From: Methanobacteriota archaeon
GTDB lineage: Archaea; Thermoplasmatota; Poseidoniia; MGIII; CG-Epi1
Direction: 5' to 3'
DNA: 64,000 nucleotides
NCBI GenBank assembly: GCA_029977605.1
Contig: JAPOKN010000001.1
Location: 28,064-92,063 of the forward strand
Of this stretch, positions 1 to 9,338 are shown piece by piece; position 1 is the stretch's first letter; the number at the start of each line of letters is the position of its first letter. The notes under the pieces were generated by a model that saw nothing but the letters and a program-made list of their open reading frames with translations, was not told where the DNA came from and did not search any database. The translations under genes were made by a program, and so were the position numbers.

Positions 1-1
1 G

Positions 2-271
2 GTAGATTTATCTGGAATGGAATTAAAACGCTATCCTATTCTTGATTTATACTGGTATGGAGAAGATCATTTGTGGGAATGGGAAAATTTTTCAAATCAG
101 ACTAACTTCGATGTTAATTTATCGTTAGTTAATCTAGGGATGTCTAACTTTACTGGCAAATCATCAACATCTTCTCTCACCGTTAGTGGTTACTACAAGA
201 GCATGCCAGATTATAATTTTAAATTGTATTACAGTGAAGAGTTAGCATTGTATTGGACAAATAATTACTAA
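2..271 (+). CDS. 3'-terminal fragment of an upstream gene; product is rich in N-x-S/T sequons, probably a secreted or surface glycoprotein
   Basis: The ORF is open back to the window start with no upstream stop. The translation contains NFS, NQT, NLS and NFT sequons and Ser/Thr-rich stretches. No catalytic motif recognised. Confidence 0.35.
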   Translation, partial: VDLSGMELKRYPILDLYWYGEDHLWEWENFSNQTNFDVNLSLVNLGMSNFTGKSSTSSLTVSGYYKSMPDYNFKLYYSEELALYWTNNY

Positions 272-333
272 ATATGCTAATGTTTTTATACAGGCCCGAC
301 TGGCGCACTTTCCTTATTAGGAGTTAAAACAAA

Positions 334-786
334 ATGGCACGAATGCATGCAAGACGTAAAGGTCGCTCAGGTTCTAGTCCACAGACTAGAAAAGAAAATC
401 CTAAATGGTCACCAAAAGGTAAAGATGTTGAAAAATTAATTATGGAGTTATCTTCAGATGGTAAATCTTCATCAGAAATAGGGATTATTTTGAGAGATAT
501 GCATGGAGTTCCAAGCGTAAAATTAGCAACAGGTAAATCTATAACTTCTATTTTATCAGATGGAGGTGTAGCATCATCCCTTCCTGAAGATTTGACAAAT
601 CTTATGAGAAAAGCAGTCCGTCTAGGCGAGCACTTGAAGATAAATAAAAAGGATATTCACAATACACGTTCACTAAGGTTAACTGAAGCGAAAATTCTTC
701 GATTAGTTAAATATTATCGTTCAAATAAAGTATTATCTGAAGACTGGAAATATTCATTATCTGATGCTAAGCTTTTAGTAGGATAA
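334..786 (+). CDS. rps15: 30S ribosomal protein uS15 (S15P/S13e)
   Basis: N-terminus MARMHARRKGRSGS...PKW is the typical archaeal/eukaryotic S15/S13e start. About 150 aa. Confidence 0.88.
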   Translation: MARMHARRKGRSGSSPQTRKENPKWSPKGKDVEKLIMELSSDGKSSSEIGIILRDMHGVPSVKLATGKSITSILSDGGVASSLPEDLTNLMRKAVRLGEHLKINKKDIHNTRSLRLTEAKILRLVKYYRSNKVLSEDWKYSLSDAKLLVG

Positions 787-799
787 TTACAAACTTCAG

Positions 800-1543
800 A
801 TGGCAGATTGGTGTCTATTAGTAATAGATAACAAATCTCATTTAGTAAATCTTGATTCCAAGATAATTGTTATTAAAAATTTTGGTAATTTCCCCTCGGA
901 GTTCCTAAAAGATCAAAAAATAGGTGTTGAGTTTGACTTATTTGGTAAAAAAGGTAAATTACTTCCGCATAATTTATCTGATATTCAAAAAAATTTAATC
1001 AGAGGTCCTCAAATAATATCGCCTAAAGATATTGCTTGGCTTGTTTACAGTTCTGACATTAAATCAAACGACATAGTTATTGAGGCCGGAGGCGGCTCGG
1101 GAGCACTTACGACAGCTTTAGCACAATCCGCATTTCCAGAAGGTAAAGTAATTACTTTTGAAAAGAATAAAAAGCATTTCGAAATTGTAAAAAAGAATCT
1201 CAAACTAAGTCAATTCTCAGATCAGGTTGAATTGAGAAACGAAGAATTAAATGATCAAACTGAAATTATCACCTGCAATTCTATAATTTTGGATTTGCCA
1301 GATCCACAAGCACTGGTTAAATGGGCTGAAAAATCATTGTTGCTAGGAGGCAAGTTGTTGTGCTATGTGCCTACAATAAATCAAGTAGAAAATCTTCTCA
1401 AGTCATTGAACGGGTGGAGTGAAATAGAAATCAATGAAATGATGCACAGAACTTGGCAATCTAGGTTAGAGGCTATACGCCCCAACACAAATATTCTAGG
1501 ACATACTGGCTTTATTATATCAGCTAGATTATTGAATAAGTAG
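800..1543 (+). CDS. trmI: tRNA (adenine-N1)-methyltransferase TrmI/Gcd14 family (m1A57/58)
   Basis: SAM-binding motif VIEAGGGSGALTTALA followed by GKVITFE, preceded by an N-terminal beta-domain. Length about 250 aa. Same layout as TrmI. Confidence 0.7.
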   Translation: MADWCLLVIDNKSHLVNLDSKIIVIKNFGNFPSEFLKDQKIGVEFDLFGKKGKLLPHNLSDIQKNLIRGPQIISPKDIAWLVYSSDIKSNDIVIEAGGGSGALTTALAQSAFPEGKVITFEKNKKHFEIVKKNLKLSQFSDQVELRNEELNDQTEIITCNSIILDLPDPQALVKWAEKSLLLGGKLLCYVPTINQVENLLKSLNGWSEIEINEMMHRTWQSRLEAIRPNTNILGHTGFIISARLLNK

Positions 1544-1578
1544 ATATCTATTTTACGAGTCGCCTTCATATACTTTTG

Positions 1579-2502
1579 ATGTCATCTGTTGAGGAAGTAA
1601 TTATCATAGGTTCAGGTCCAGCAGGCTATACTGCAGGCTTGTATACAGGAAGAGCAATGCTTAAACCTAAATTGTTCGCAGGTTTTGCAAGTGGTGGGCA
1701 GCTAATGCTGACTAGTGATATAGAAAATTTCCCAGGATATCCTGAAGGCATAGGCGGCCCTGAAATGATGATGGAATTGAGATCACAAGCTGCAAGATTT
1801 GGTTGCGATATTATTGATAAAAATGTAGATTCTATTGATACTAGCTCTCGTCCGTTCAAGGTGAATGTAGGTAAAGATCAATTTTTAACCAAATCGATAA
1901 TTATTACAACCGGTGCAGAAGCAATATGGTTAGACGCAGGTAATGAAGAGAAGCACAAAGGACAAGGAATCTCTACTTGCGCTACATGCGATGGTGCTTT
2001 TTTCAGGGATAAAGAGGTCATAGTAGTGGGAGGCGGAGATTCAGCCATGGAGGAAGCTACTTTCCTTACTAGATTTTGCAGTAAAGTCACCATTGTTAAC
2101 AGAAGAGAAGAACTAAGAGCTTCACAAATTATGGCAGATAGAGCTCGAGATAATGATAAAATTGGGTGGAAATTAAATCGAGTCGTAAAAGAGTGGGTAG
2201 GTGAGCAAGGGAACTTTGAAGGCGTAATTCTCGTAAATACTGTATCAGGTGAAGAAGAATTATTCAAGTGTGACGGCGCATTCATTGCTATAGGGCACAA
2301 GCCTATGACAAACTTTTTAGGAGATCAAATTGAGTTGGATGATCATGGTTACATAGTTCCTAAAGAAAATACTATGACAAATGTTTCTGGAGTATTCGCG
2401 GCAGGGGACGTAGTCGATACAAGATATCGTCAAGCAATCACTGCAGCAGGCATGGGATGTATGGCTGCAATTGATGCTGAAAAATGGCTTGAAGAAAATT
2501 AA
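1579..2502 (+). CDS. trxB: Thioredoxin-disulfide reductase
   Basis: FAD motif IIGSGPAGYTAG, redox-active CATCDG (CxxC), NADPH motif VVGGGDSAMEEA and C-terminal GDV motif. The ATG at 1579 is preferred over the TTG at 1576. Confidence 0.9.
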   Translation: MSSVEEVIIIGSGPAGYTAGLYTGRAMLKPKLFAGFASGGQLMLTSDIENFPGYPEGIGGPEMMMELRSQAARFGCDIIDKNVDSIDTSSRPFKVNVGKDQFLTKSIIITTGAEAIWLDAGNEEKHKGQGISTCATCDGAFFRDKEVIVVGGGDSAMEEATFLTRFCSKVTIVNRREELRASQIMADRARDNDKIGWKLNRVVKEWVGEQGNFEGVILVNTVSGEEELFKCDGAFIAIGHKPMTNFLGDQIELDDHGYIVPKENTMTNVSGVFAAGDVVDTRYRQAITAAGMGCMAAIDAEKWLEEN

Positions 2503-2548
2503 TTTAAATTAACAATCATTTTTTAGAACCCCCTATCAATGGCCATAA

Positions 2549-3592
2549 GTGCAGCGTCAGCTTTCCATTAGTGATTCAGAAGAAGCCGTTAGTCCAATAA
2601 TAGGTACTGTTTTAATATTGGCAATTATGGTTTCTATAACGGGAACCATGCTTGCTTGGGGGATTCCGCAGATTCAAGAAAGTGAAGCTTATGCAATTTA
2701 CACTTCTGCTCAAAATAATTTTTTAAATTTTGATGCTGACCTAGATCAAGTAATAGTCCAAGGCGAAGGCAGTTCTCGTTCATCAACGGTATCATTCAGT
2801 GCTGGAACATTTGTTCATCGCGAAAATCTAGACGAAATTCGTTATTACTATGAAACCACTTCGTGGTCATCATTTGAGATCCTTGGAGTAAAAAATGGAG
2901 CAACTACATTTGCAATAATAGATAACAAAGAAGTTATAGATGATTTTGATATAACTATAACTTATCCAAACGGAACTACGTTAGAAGTTAAGTCTTCAGC
3001 TTTTATCGCCTCAGGATTTCCAGCTTTGGTTTACGGAACTTCAGCCACATATACAAGTACAGCTAACGATACAGTTGTTGGTGGATTTTTCATATATGGC
3101 GTAGACTCACTTTCATACAAATATTCCTCTGTATCGGGTGTTTACAAAATGCGTTTATTCAATGGCGGAATAGTTACTAGAGAGCCAGGGGGTATTTTCT
3201 TTGTAAGCTCTAAACCTATAATCCGTTCTATTAGTACAGATGATTCTTATGAATCACTGGTTTTGTACCAAACAGACTACAATATGACTACAGGCGCTAA
3301 ATCTCTAACTGGAGGAAATTATAATTTTGAAGCTAGAAATCAAGGTGGAAAAGATTCCTCCTTTAAAGTCTTCAATGTGAGAATGGGTTTCAGTGGCGAT
3401 AGTTCAATGGCATTGAAGAATTATTATTCAACTTATTGGAGTTTTGGACCCGAAACATATACGATTTCTAGCACCCAATCAACAGCAGCAGCTAACATGG
3501 GTTTTGAAGAGGATATTTTTTACAATCAAGATACAGCATTTGACTTTAGAATTTTGGAGAGAACAATTCATGTCACGTTTAACCTCCGATGA
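2549..3592 (+). CDS. Archaeal type IV pilin, DUF1628-like class III signal peptide
   Basis: N-terminal EEAVSPIIGTVLILAIMVSITG matches the conserved (R/A)VSP(V/I)IGVILMVAITV H-domain of haloarchaeal PilA-type pilins. The rest is Ser/Thr/Asn-rich (glycosylation-prone). GTG start. Confidence 0.6.
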   Translation: MQRQLSISDSEEAVSPIIGTVLILAIMVSITGTMLAWGIPQIQESEAYAIYTSAQNNFLNFDADLDQVIVQGEGSSRSSTVSFSAGTFVHRENLDEIRYYYETTSWSSFEILGVKNGATTFAIIDNKEVIDDFDITITYPNGTTLEVKSSAFIASGFPALVYGTSATYTSTANDTVVGGFFIYGVDSLSYKYSSVSGVYKMRLFNGGIVTREPGGIFFVSSKPIIRSISTDDSYESLVLYQTDYNMTTGAKSLTGGNYNFEARNQGGKDSSFKVFNVRMGFSGDSSMALKNYYSTYWSFGPETYTISSTQSTAAANMGFEEDIFYNQDTAFDFRILERTIHVTFNLR

Positions 3593-4046
3593 TTCTGGCG
3601 CATCTCAGTTAATAGGTTACGTATACACTGCGTTAATTTCAGTCCTAATTTTATCTTCAATGATGCTCACATCAAGTACTATGTTGAACGGTAGTGTTTC
3701 CAATACAGCACAGGAAGAGGCTGAACAACTGGCACTATATTTTCAATTAGCAGTAGAAGATTTACTTAATACTGTAAGAGAGTATCCTGGCTCATCTCCA
3801 GTAATGGTCTTAGATACTGGAATAGAAGCAATAAATCATGGTATACAATACAAAGTAACGGGTTTAACTACAGGATTGAAAGTGACTACAATTCAGCCTC
3901 GAGGCGGATCATTTGAGGTTAACTTTCCATTAGCGCCAGCAACCTCAATTGAAACTACAAATTCCGCATCTTTAAAGTCAACTACTTCTTATATAGTCAT
4001 ATCCTATGATGATAATCTAAAGGTTGTCAAGTTAACCTCAGGATGA
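3570..4046 (+). CDS. Pilin-like protein with class III signal peptide
   Basis: The internal ATG at 3570 is preceded by GGAGAG and gives MSRLTSDDSGASQLIGYVYTALISVLILSSMML, a prepilin-like charged N-region plus hydrophobic helix. The 5' part of the listed ORF (3444-3569) overlaps the upstream gene and is rejected. Confidence 0.5.
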   Translation: MSRLTSDDSGASQLIGYVYTALISVLILSSMMLTSSTMLNGSVSNTAQEEAEQLALYFQLAVEDLLNTVREYPGSSPVMVLDTGIEAINHGIQYKVTGLTTGLKVTTIQPRGGSFEVNFPLAPATSIETTNSASLKSTTSYIVISYDDNLKVVKLTSG

Positions 4047-4050
4047 TAAA

Positions 4051-6309
4051 ATGAGTGCTGCAAAAGAGACATTGGACGGGGCTTCTGGATTAATTGGTGA
4101 AGAAGAGGAACAAATTGACGAAACTAAGCTTTCATGGAGAGAGCGCCGTAGATTAAACAAACAGCGTAAAGCTGAAGCTAAGAAGCGTAAAGCTGCAGAG
4201 AAAGATGGAGTAATCCATGACTTAGTTATGGACGACATTGAGATTGGTGAAGATTTTGAAGAATTAGATACATATCCAGTTAGGCCGCCTTTTTCATACG
4301 TAAGAGTTTTATTCGATAAAAGAGATTATTCTAGGTTTTACTACGTTGTTGAGCCTAAGGCTTCAAAACAAGAGAAGGAAGATTTACAAACAATTAAAGA
4401 TGTTCTGCAGAGAGCCCTAAATATTGAGAGAGATACTCTAGATGAATCTCAAGAAGAATTTTTGAAACAAGCAGTAGATGATATTTTAGATAGTTACAGA
4501 TTAAAATCACGAAAGAGTAATCGTGAAAAGATTCATTATTACATAGAGAGAGATTTGATAGGTTATGGTAAAATTGATACCATGATGCAAGATCCTAATA
4601 TTGAGGACGTTTCTTGTGACGGCCCAGGAGTTGAAATTTTCGTTTACCACAGAAGATTTGAATCTTTAAGGACAAATGTGATGTGGGAAGATGAATTAGA
4701 ACTTGAACAATACATAATTCGTATGGCTCAGCGTTGTGGTAAACATATTTCGATTGCTGAACCGCTTCTTGATGCAACATTAATGGATGGTTCACGTATA
4801 GTCATGACTCTGGGTAGAGAAGTATCTACCAAAGGTTCGACATTTACGATTCGGCGTTTCAGGGATGAACCATTTACTCCTGTGGATTTACTCGAATTCA
4901 AAACGTTTTCATCTATGCAAATAGCATTTTTCTGGCTCGCAATGCAATATGGAATGTCTATGTTGTTTGTGGGAGGTACGGCTTCCGGAAAAACAACTTC
5001 GCTTAATGCTTGCTCACTATTCCTTCCTTGGCAACATAAAATTGTCAGTATTGAAGAAACACGTGAGTTGAATTTACCACATCCTAATTGGATTCCAGGA
5101 TGTACTAGGCAAGGTTTCGGAGGTGAATCGGCAGGAAGCGGTGTAAAGGCAGCTGGAGAAGTTGACATGTATGATTTGCTACGAGCAGCTTTAAGGGAAC
5201 GTCCAGAATACATTATTGTAGGAGAAATTAGAGGTGCCGAAGCTTATGTTCTTTTCCAGGCTATGGCAACGGGACACACAACATACTCTACTTTCCACGC
5301 AGATTCGATTCAGAGTTTAGTTCACCGTTTGGAAAATAAGCCGATTGAAATTCCTAGAGTTTTAATTCCAGCATTAGATGGTATATCCATTCAAATCCAG
5401 ACTAGAGTTGGTGGAAAACGTGTAAGAAGAAATAAAGGAATTATAGAAATTATAGGTATTGATCCCCATTCTCACGAATTACTCACAAACGAAGCATTCA
5501 GGTGGGACAACACTGTAGATGAATTTGTTTTCACAGGTAAATCTTACATATTTGAAAAAATAATGATGAAAGCTAATCTCAATCGTGTTGAGATTATGGA
5601 TGAGACCAAGAGAAGACAATTAGTAATCGAATGGTGTTTGAAGAAAGGAATTAGAGATTACAAAGACTTTGCAAGGGTAGTTGCAGAATATTATGTACAT
5701 CCTGAAGATGTAATGAGACAAGTTTACGAAGATATGCAGGTTGGAGGCAAGAAACGTAGGCGTAAAGTTGAAGACAGAGATTTAGATTTATCGAGCTCGG
5801 ACGATGCTGAAGTAGATGTGTCAGATTTCCCGCCAAAGGTTAGGCAAAAGTATCAAACACGTGAAGCTAAGGAACAAGCCGCTAGAGCTAAGAGTGATGC
5901 AAAAATTTCGCAAACAGACGATCCTACTAAGAGAGCTAATCTAATTGCTAAAGAAGAGCAGAGAAGAGCAAAAGTAGAAGCTAGATTAGAGAGCGATCAG
6001 TTAAAAGATCAAGCCTATTATGTACCATTGAAGCAATTAAAACCATTAGCTAAGCAAATAAGCCTAGGTGATGTATCATCATTAAATGAAGTTGAAGGAA
6101 GAAGAATGTTAAAAGATGTCCGTTCAGAAATGAATAAAAAGTCTAAGGCAGAAACTAATATTTCTAAACTAGATGCTTCAGATAAAAAAGAAAAGGCAAT
6201 TTCTTCAGAGGAAGAAAGAGCATCTAAGGCATTGAACAGTCTAAAAGCTAAGCTAGCAAATAGGGTACAGCGATCAGCTAACCCACGTTGGTGGCATTCA
6301 TGGCTCTGA
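4051..6309 (+). CDS. FlaI/TadA-family type IV pilus/archaellum assembly ATPase with long charged N- and C-terminal extensions
   Basis: The core matches FlaI: YPVRPPFSYVRV...YYVVEP in the N-domain, Walker A GGTASGKTTSLNA, Walker B/His-box IIVGEIRGAEA...ATGHTTYSTFHAD. An extra N-terminal segment of about 70 aa is K/R/E-rich. An extra C-terminal segment of about 190 aa is a K/E/A/R-rich predicted coiled-coil. Total 752 aa versus about 510-550 aa for typical FlaI. Confidence 0.85.
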   Translation: MSAAKETLDGASGLIGEEEEQIDETKLSWRERRRLNKQRKAEAKKRKAAEKDGVIHDLVMDDIEIGEDFEELDTYPVRPPFSYVRVLFDKRDYSRFYYVVEPKASKQEKEDLQTIKDVLQRALNIERDTLDESQEEFLKQAVDDILDSYRLKSRKSNREKIHYYIERDLIGYGKIDTMMQDPNIEDVSCDGPGVEIFVYHRRFESLRTNVMWEDELELEQYIIRMAQRCGKHISIAEPLLDATLMDGSRIVMTLGREVSTKGSTFTIRRFRDEPFTPVDLLEFKTFSSMQIAFFWLAMQYGMSMLFVGGTASGKTTSLNACSLFLPWQHKIVSIEETRELNLPHPNWIPGCTRQGFGGESAGSGVKAAGEVDMYDLLRAALRERPEYIIVGEIRGAEAYVLFQAMATGHTTYSTFHADSIQSLVHRLENKPIEIPRVLIPALDGISIQIQTRVGGKRVRRNKGIIEIIGIDPHSHELLTNEAFRWDNTVDEFVFTGKSYIFEKIMMKANLNRVEIMDETKRRQLVIEWCLKKGIRDYKDFARVVAEYYVHPEDVMRQVYEDMQVGGKKRRRKVEDRDLDLSSSDDAEVDVSDFPPKVRQKYQTREAKEQAARAKSDAKISQTDDPTKRANLIAKEEQRRAKVEARLESDQLKDQAYYVPLKQLKPLAKQISLGDVSSLNEVEGRRMLKDVRSEMNKKSKAETNISKLDASDKKEKAISSEEERASKALNSLKAKLANRVQRSANPRWWHSWL

Positions 6310-7247
6310 CCGGTTTAACTGGCTTCGAAACCTTCAGCCGAGTTTTACTTGGTTGGTTTGGCCGAATGGTTACAAAAGATTCGGTTGATTTAAAAAATCA
6401 ATTAGTAAAAGCAAGAATTCCACTTCTTCCAGAAGATTACGTAGCGTCCTCAGCTATGCAAGTAATTTTAGCTTTTTTAGGAGGGATAGCTGTTTCTCTT
6501 GCCATTGTTGGATTTCTAGTCCCACAACTTGAGACAATGGATGATCCTGCCAATGCAGGGGAGAAATTTGATATTTCAAATACTATTCAATATGCAATTA
6601 TTGGTCTTTTGGTATTTGTTTTGCCTGCTTTGATTGCTTTAGTACAATTTTTGACTCCAGCATTATTAGAAAGTAGTAGAGGAACCAATATGGATAGGCA
6701 AATTCCGTTTGCTGCAAGTTATGTTTCTGCAATGGCTGCAGCTAACGCAACTCCTTCGATGACTTTCAAATCTTTAGCTAGGAATAAAGATATTTACGGA
6801 GAAATTTCTAACGAAGCAGCATGGATTTACCACAGCATGGAATTCATGGGAAGAGACTTAGTTACAACCTTAAAAGAGGCAGTTGACAGAACGCCCTCAG
6901 AGAGATTTGCAGAGTTTATTCAAGGAATTATAGGAACAGTAACTTCAGGAGGTAATCTCAAATTGTATTTCCTTAACCGTTCCGAGTATTATGCTCAACA
7001 AAACAGAGTTCATGTCAAAGATGTTTTACAACAGATGGCTTTGTTTTCTGAAGCCTACGTAGTTGTAGCTGTGGCATTGCCTATTTTCGCTATGATTATT
7101 GCAGTTATTACTTTTTGGGTTTCAGGAGCAGGTATGAAGCTTGAAGAAATACACATGTACTTGTTAATATTTGCAGGATTTCCAGTAATTCAGTTAATTT
7201 TTTCAGGTCTATTCTACAGTTTAAGTTCGGAGATATCAAACGATTAA
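6300..7247 (+). CDS. FlaJ/TadB-like polytopic membrane platform protein (N-terminal half of a split platform)
   Basis: Multi-TM protein immediately downstream of the ATPase. Its ATG at 6300 overlaps the ATPase stop. Topology and position match the T2SS-F/FlaJ/TadB family. Confidence 0.55.
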   Translation: MALTGLTGFETFSRVLLGWFGRMVTKDSVDLKNQLVKARIPLLPEDYVASSAMQVILAFLGGIAVSLAIVGFLVPQLETMDDPANAGEKFDISNTIQYAIIGLLVFVLPALIALVQFLTPALLESSRGTNMDRQIPFAASYVSAMAAANATPSMTFKSLARNKDIYGEISNEAAWIYHSMEFMGRDLVTTLKEAVDRTPSERFAEFIQGIIGTVTSGGNLKLYFLNRSEYYAQQNRVHVKDVLQQMALFSEAYVVVAVALPIFAMIIAVITFWVSGAGMKLEEIHMYLLIFAGFPVIQLIFSGLFYSLSSEISND

Positions 7248-8485
7248 TGGCTATTAAAGGCAATTTACAGAAGAAGGTATATCGCGATAAGCGAACCGGC
7301 GTAAAGCGAAGATGGATGGAATACAGCAAAGTTGAAAGGTGGCTGTCGGTTAGAGATAAAGTAACTGATTGGGCTCCAGCATTTGTAGCATTTTTTTCTA
7401 TAATTTTCGCATTATTTTTCTTTATGATTGCTAATATCAATAATACTACCGATGCTCAAACATTAGTAGTTGATACTGATGCAGATAAACAGTTTGATAA
7501 CCCTTGGCACATGAATGACGGTCAATTTTCATTTACATTTGGTAATACATACAATGAAGCAGGTGGCCAGCAAAATCGTGTCGAAGCAATATATGGATTA
7601 GGTCTTCCGGCAATTAGAAGTAATGAATCTGTTGATTCTGACCCATTGGTAGATGGAATCGAGAATGAAATGACAGCTAATGAATGGTTCCGCTCATTTC
7701 CAGAGATTTCTGCAATTGATTATATTGTATTTGGAGTTATATCACTGATTTTACCTTATGGAATTTACGGATACCGAAGAGATCAAATTAGGGCTAGAGT
7801 CGAAGAAAAATTCCCTGATTTTTTAAGAGATTTGGCAGAATATTGGAAAGGCGGTCTTAGTATGACTGTAGCTATTCAAACACTTGCTAAAGGAGAATAT
7901 GGAAATCTTAATGATGAAGTTAATAAGATGTCTTCACAAATTTCTTGGGGGGTTTCTTTTGGTGAAGTTTTGGAAATGTTTACAGAAAGAGTGACCTCGC
8001 CTATTGTTACTCGTGCAGTTAGGATGGTAGATGAGGCTAATAGGGCAGGCGGTAAAATTTCAGATATTTTACTTGCAGCTTCATACGATGCCCGAGAGAT
8101 TAAAGCTCTTGAAACTGAAAGAAGGCAAGAAGTAGGTAGTTATGTTACTGTTATTTACGCATCTTTCTTTGTTTATCTTGGAATAATTTTAGTTTTAGCT
8201 TCTACATTTATTCCTGCTATTGTTGACTCTTCTGCAGCTACTGGCGGCAGCGGATCAATGTCGATTGGTAACTTAACTATTAGGGAAATGAATGAAGTTT
8301 GGATCTCAACAGTTTTCCTTTACAGTTTAATAATTCAAGGAACCGGAATGGGACTGGCAGCAGGTTTCATGTCTACAGGTAGATTATATTCAGCATTTTT
8401 GAGAGCTTCATTTCTTTTGTTCCTGGGCTGGTTTATTTTTGAATTAGCAGGCATTACAACATCAATGATTACTCCACAAATTTAG
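7247..8485 (+). CDS. FlaJ/TadC-like polytopic membrane platform protein (second half)
   Basis: TAATG overlap with the upstream gene. Several TM helices flank a cytoplasmic domain (RDLAEYWKGGLSMTVAIQTL...), as in T2SS-F repeats. Confidence 0.55.
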   Translation: MAIKGNLQKKVYRDKRTGVKRRWMEYSKVERWLSVRDKVTDWAPAFVAFFSIIFALFFFMIANINNTTDAQTLVVDTDADKQFDNPWHMNDGQFSFTFGNTYNEAGGQQNRVEAIYGLGLPAIRSNESVDSDPLVDGIENEMTANEWFRSFPEISAIDYIVFGVISLILPYGIYGYRRDQIRARVEEKFPDFLRDLAEYWKGGLSMTVAIQTLAKGEYGNLNDEVNKMSSQISWGVSFGEVLEMFTERVTSPIVTRAVRMVDEANRAGGKISDILLAASYDAREIKALETERRQEVGSYVTVIYASFFVYLGIILVLASTFIPAIVDSSAATGGSGSMSIGNLTIREMNEVWISTVFLYSLIIQGTGMGLAAGFMSTGRLYSAFLRASFLLFLGWFIFELAGITTSMITPQI

Positions 8486-8495
8486 GAGACAATGG

Positions 8496-8948
8496 ATGAA
8501 AAATACTAAAGGGCAGATGCATGTTTTGGAAGTATTGCTTGTAGGAGTATTATTTACTTCAGCAGTGAATGTGGCAGTTAATATCCTGCCCACAAGTGAT
8601 GCAGATAATTCAGAACAAAGTGATCTTTATTTTTCAGGAATGGAAATATTAGAAATATTAGATAATTGGGAGCCATCGAATTCTGATATTTCGGCTAAGC
8701 ACAATGCCTCAACACTATCATGGTGGTTGGCTACGAATAATGATTCAGCAATAAAGGAATACCTCGATGCAGGTTTGTCTTCTTCAATTTCATACAGACT
8801 AGAAGCCACTCACGGTTCACAAGATGAGGTTATTGTCGACAGGGAAATCCCCGATGGGGAAGTAAGCACTTCTTTTAGACTGGTGTGGAGCGATAATGAG
8901 CTTTGGGATTTAAGTCTGCATTTATGGTACGGCTATAGGGAGGCCTAA
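8496..8948 (+). CDS. Minor pilin-like protein with class III signal peptide (KGQ motif)
   Basis: MKNTKGQMHVLEVLLVGVLFTSAV: K-G-Q followed by a hydrophobic helix, the classic PibD/FlaK cleavage-site pattern. Confidence 0.5.
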   Translation: MKNTKGQMHVLEVLLVGVLFTSAVNVAVNILPTSDADNSEQSDLYFSGMEILEILDNWEPSNSDISAKHNASTLSWWLATNNDSAIKEYLDAGLSSSISYRLEATHGSQDEVIVDREIPDGEVSTSFRLVWSDNELWDLSLHLWYGYREA

Positions 8949-9337
8949 TGAATACTAAAGGTCAACTTCTTTTAGTTTCAGGTCTTCTAATGTCTATCAC
9001 ATTGATAGCAGTTAGCAGTACTATTACACATTCGGTTAATATGGGCGCACATCAAGGTGAAAGACATGATTTAACACCTCAAATAAGCTCAATTGAAAGT
9101 AATTTTCCTTTAGCTTTGGAATATCAGATTAATCAAGATGATGGTTCAGTATCAATAATTGAATCATTTGAGACTGTAGCTGAAGATTTTGAATATCTAT
9201 TTGCACTTAGGGGAATTTCTTTATCTTTTGATCTAACATCATCTTCCTTGAATTCAGGAACCTATAATTTTGTTTATGAATATATTATGGGTGATGGAAT
9301 AATCACTATCACATTGTCTAAAACGACGACCTTTTAA
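8948..9337 (+). CDS. Minor pilin-like protein with class III signal peptide (KGQ motif)
   Basis: MNTKGQLLLVSGLLMSITLIAV. Paralogous to the preceding ORF. Start overlaps the upstream stop (TAATG). Confidence 0.5.
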   Translation: MNTKGQLLLVSGLLMSITLIAVSSTITHSVNMGAHQGERHDLTPQISSIESNFPLALEYQINQDDGSVSIIESFETVAEDFEYLFALRGISLSFDLTSSSLNSGTYNFVYEYIMGDGIITITLSKTTTF

Positions 9338-9338
9338 T

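Noticed and set aside
1626-2300. Antisense ORFs 1626-1859 and 1878-2300 inside trxB. The same class appears elsewhere: 4595-5213 and 5651-5836 inside the pilus ATPase, 16532-16813 inside the MMPL gene, 19319-20095 inside ABCE1, 25635-26309 inside aconitase, 37289-37474, 40640-41221, 46723-47314, 48695-49561, 57160-59709.
   Set aside because: Shadow frames opposite strongly supported genes with recognisable motifs. They have low-complexity translations, no motifs and no independent start context.
3444-3569. 5' portion of ORF 3444-4046 (MDPKHIRFLAPNQQQQ...).
   Set aside because: Overlaps the 3' end of the upstream pilin gene by about 150 nt in another frame. The internal ATG at 3570 with an upstream GGAGAG gives a proper class-III signal peptide, so the upstream extension is taken as non-coding read-through of the frame.
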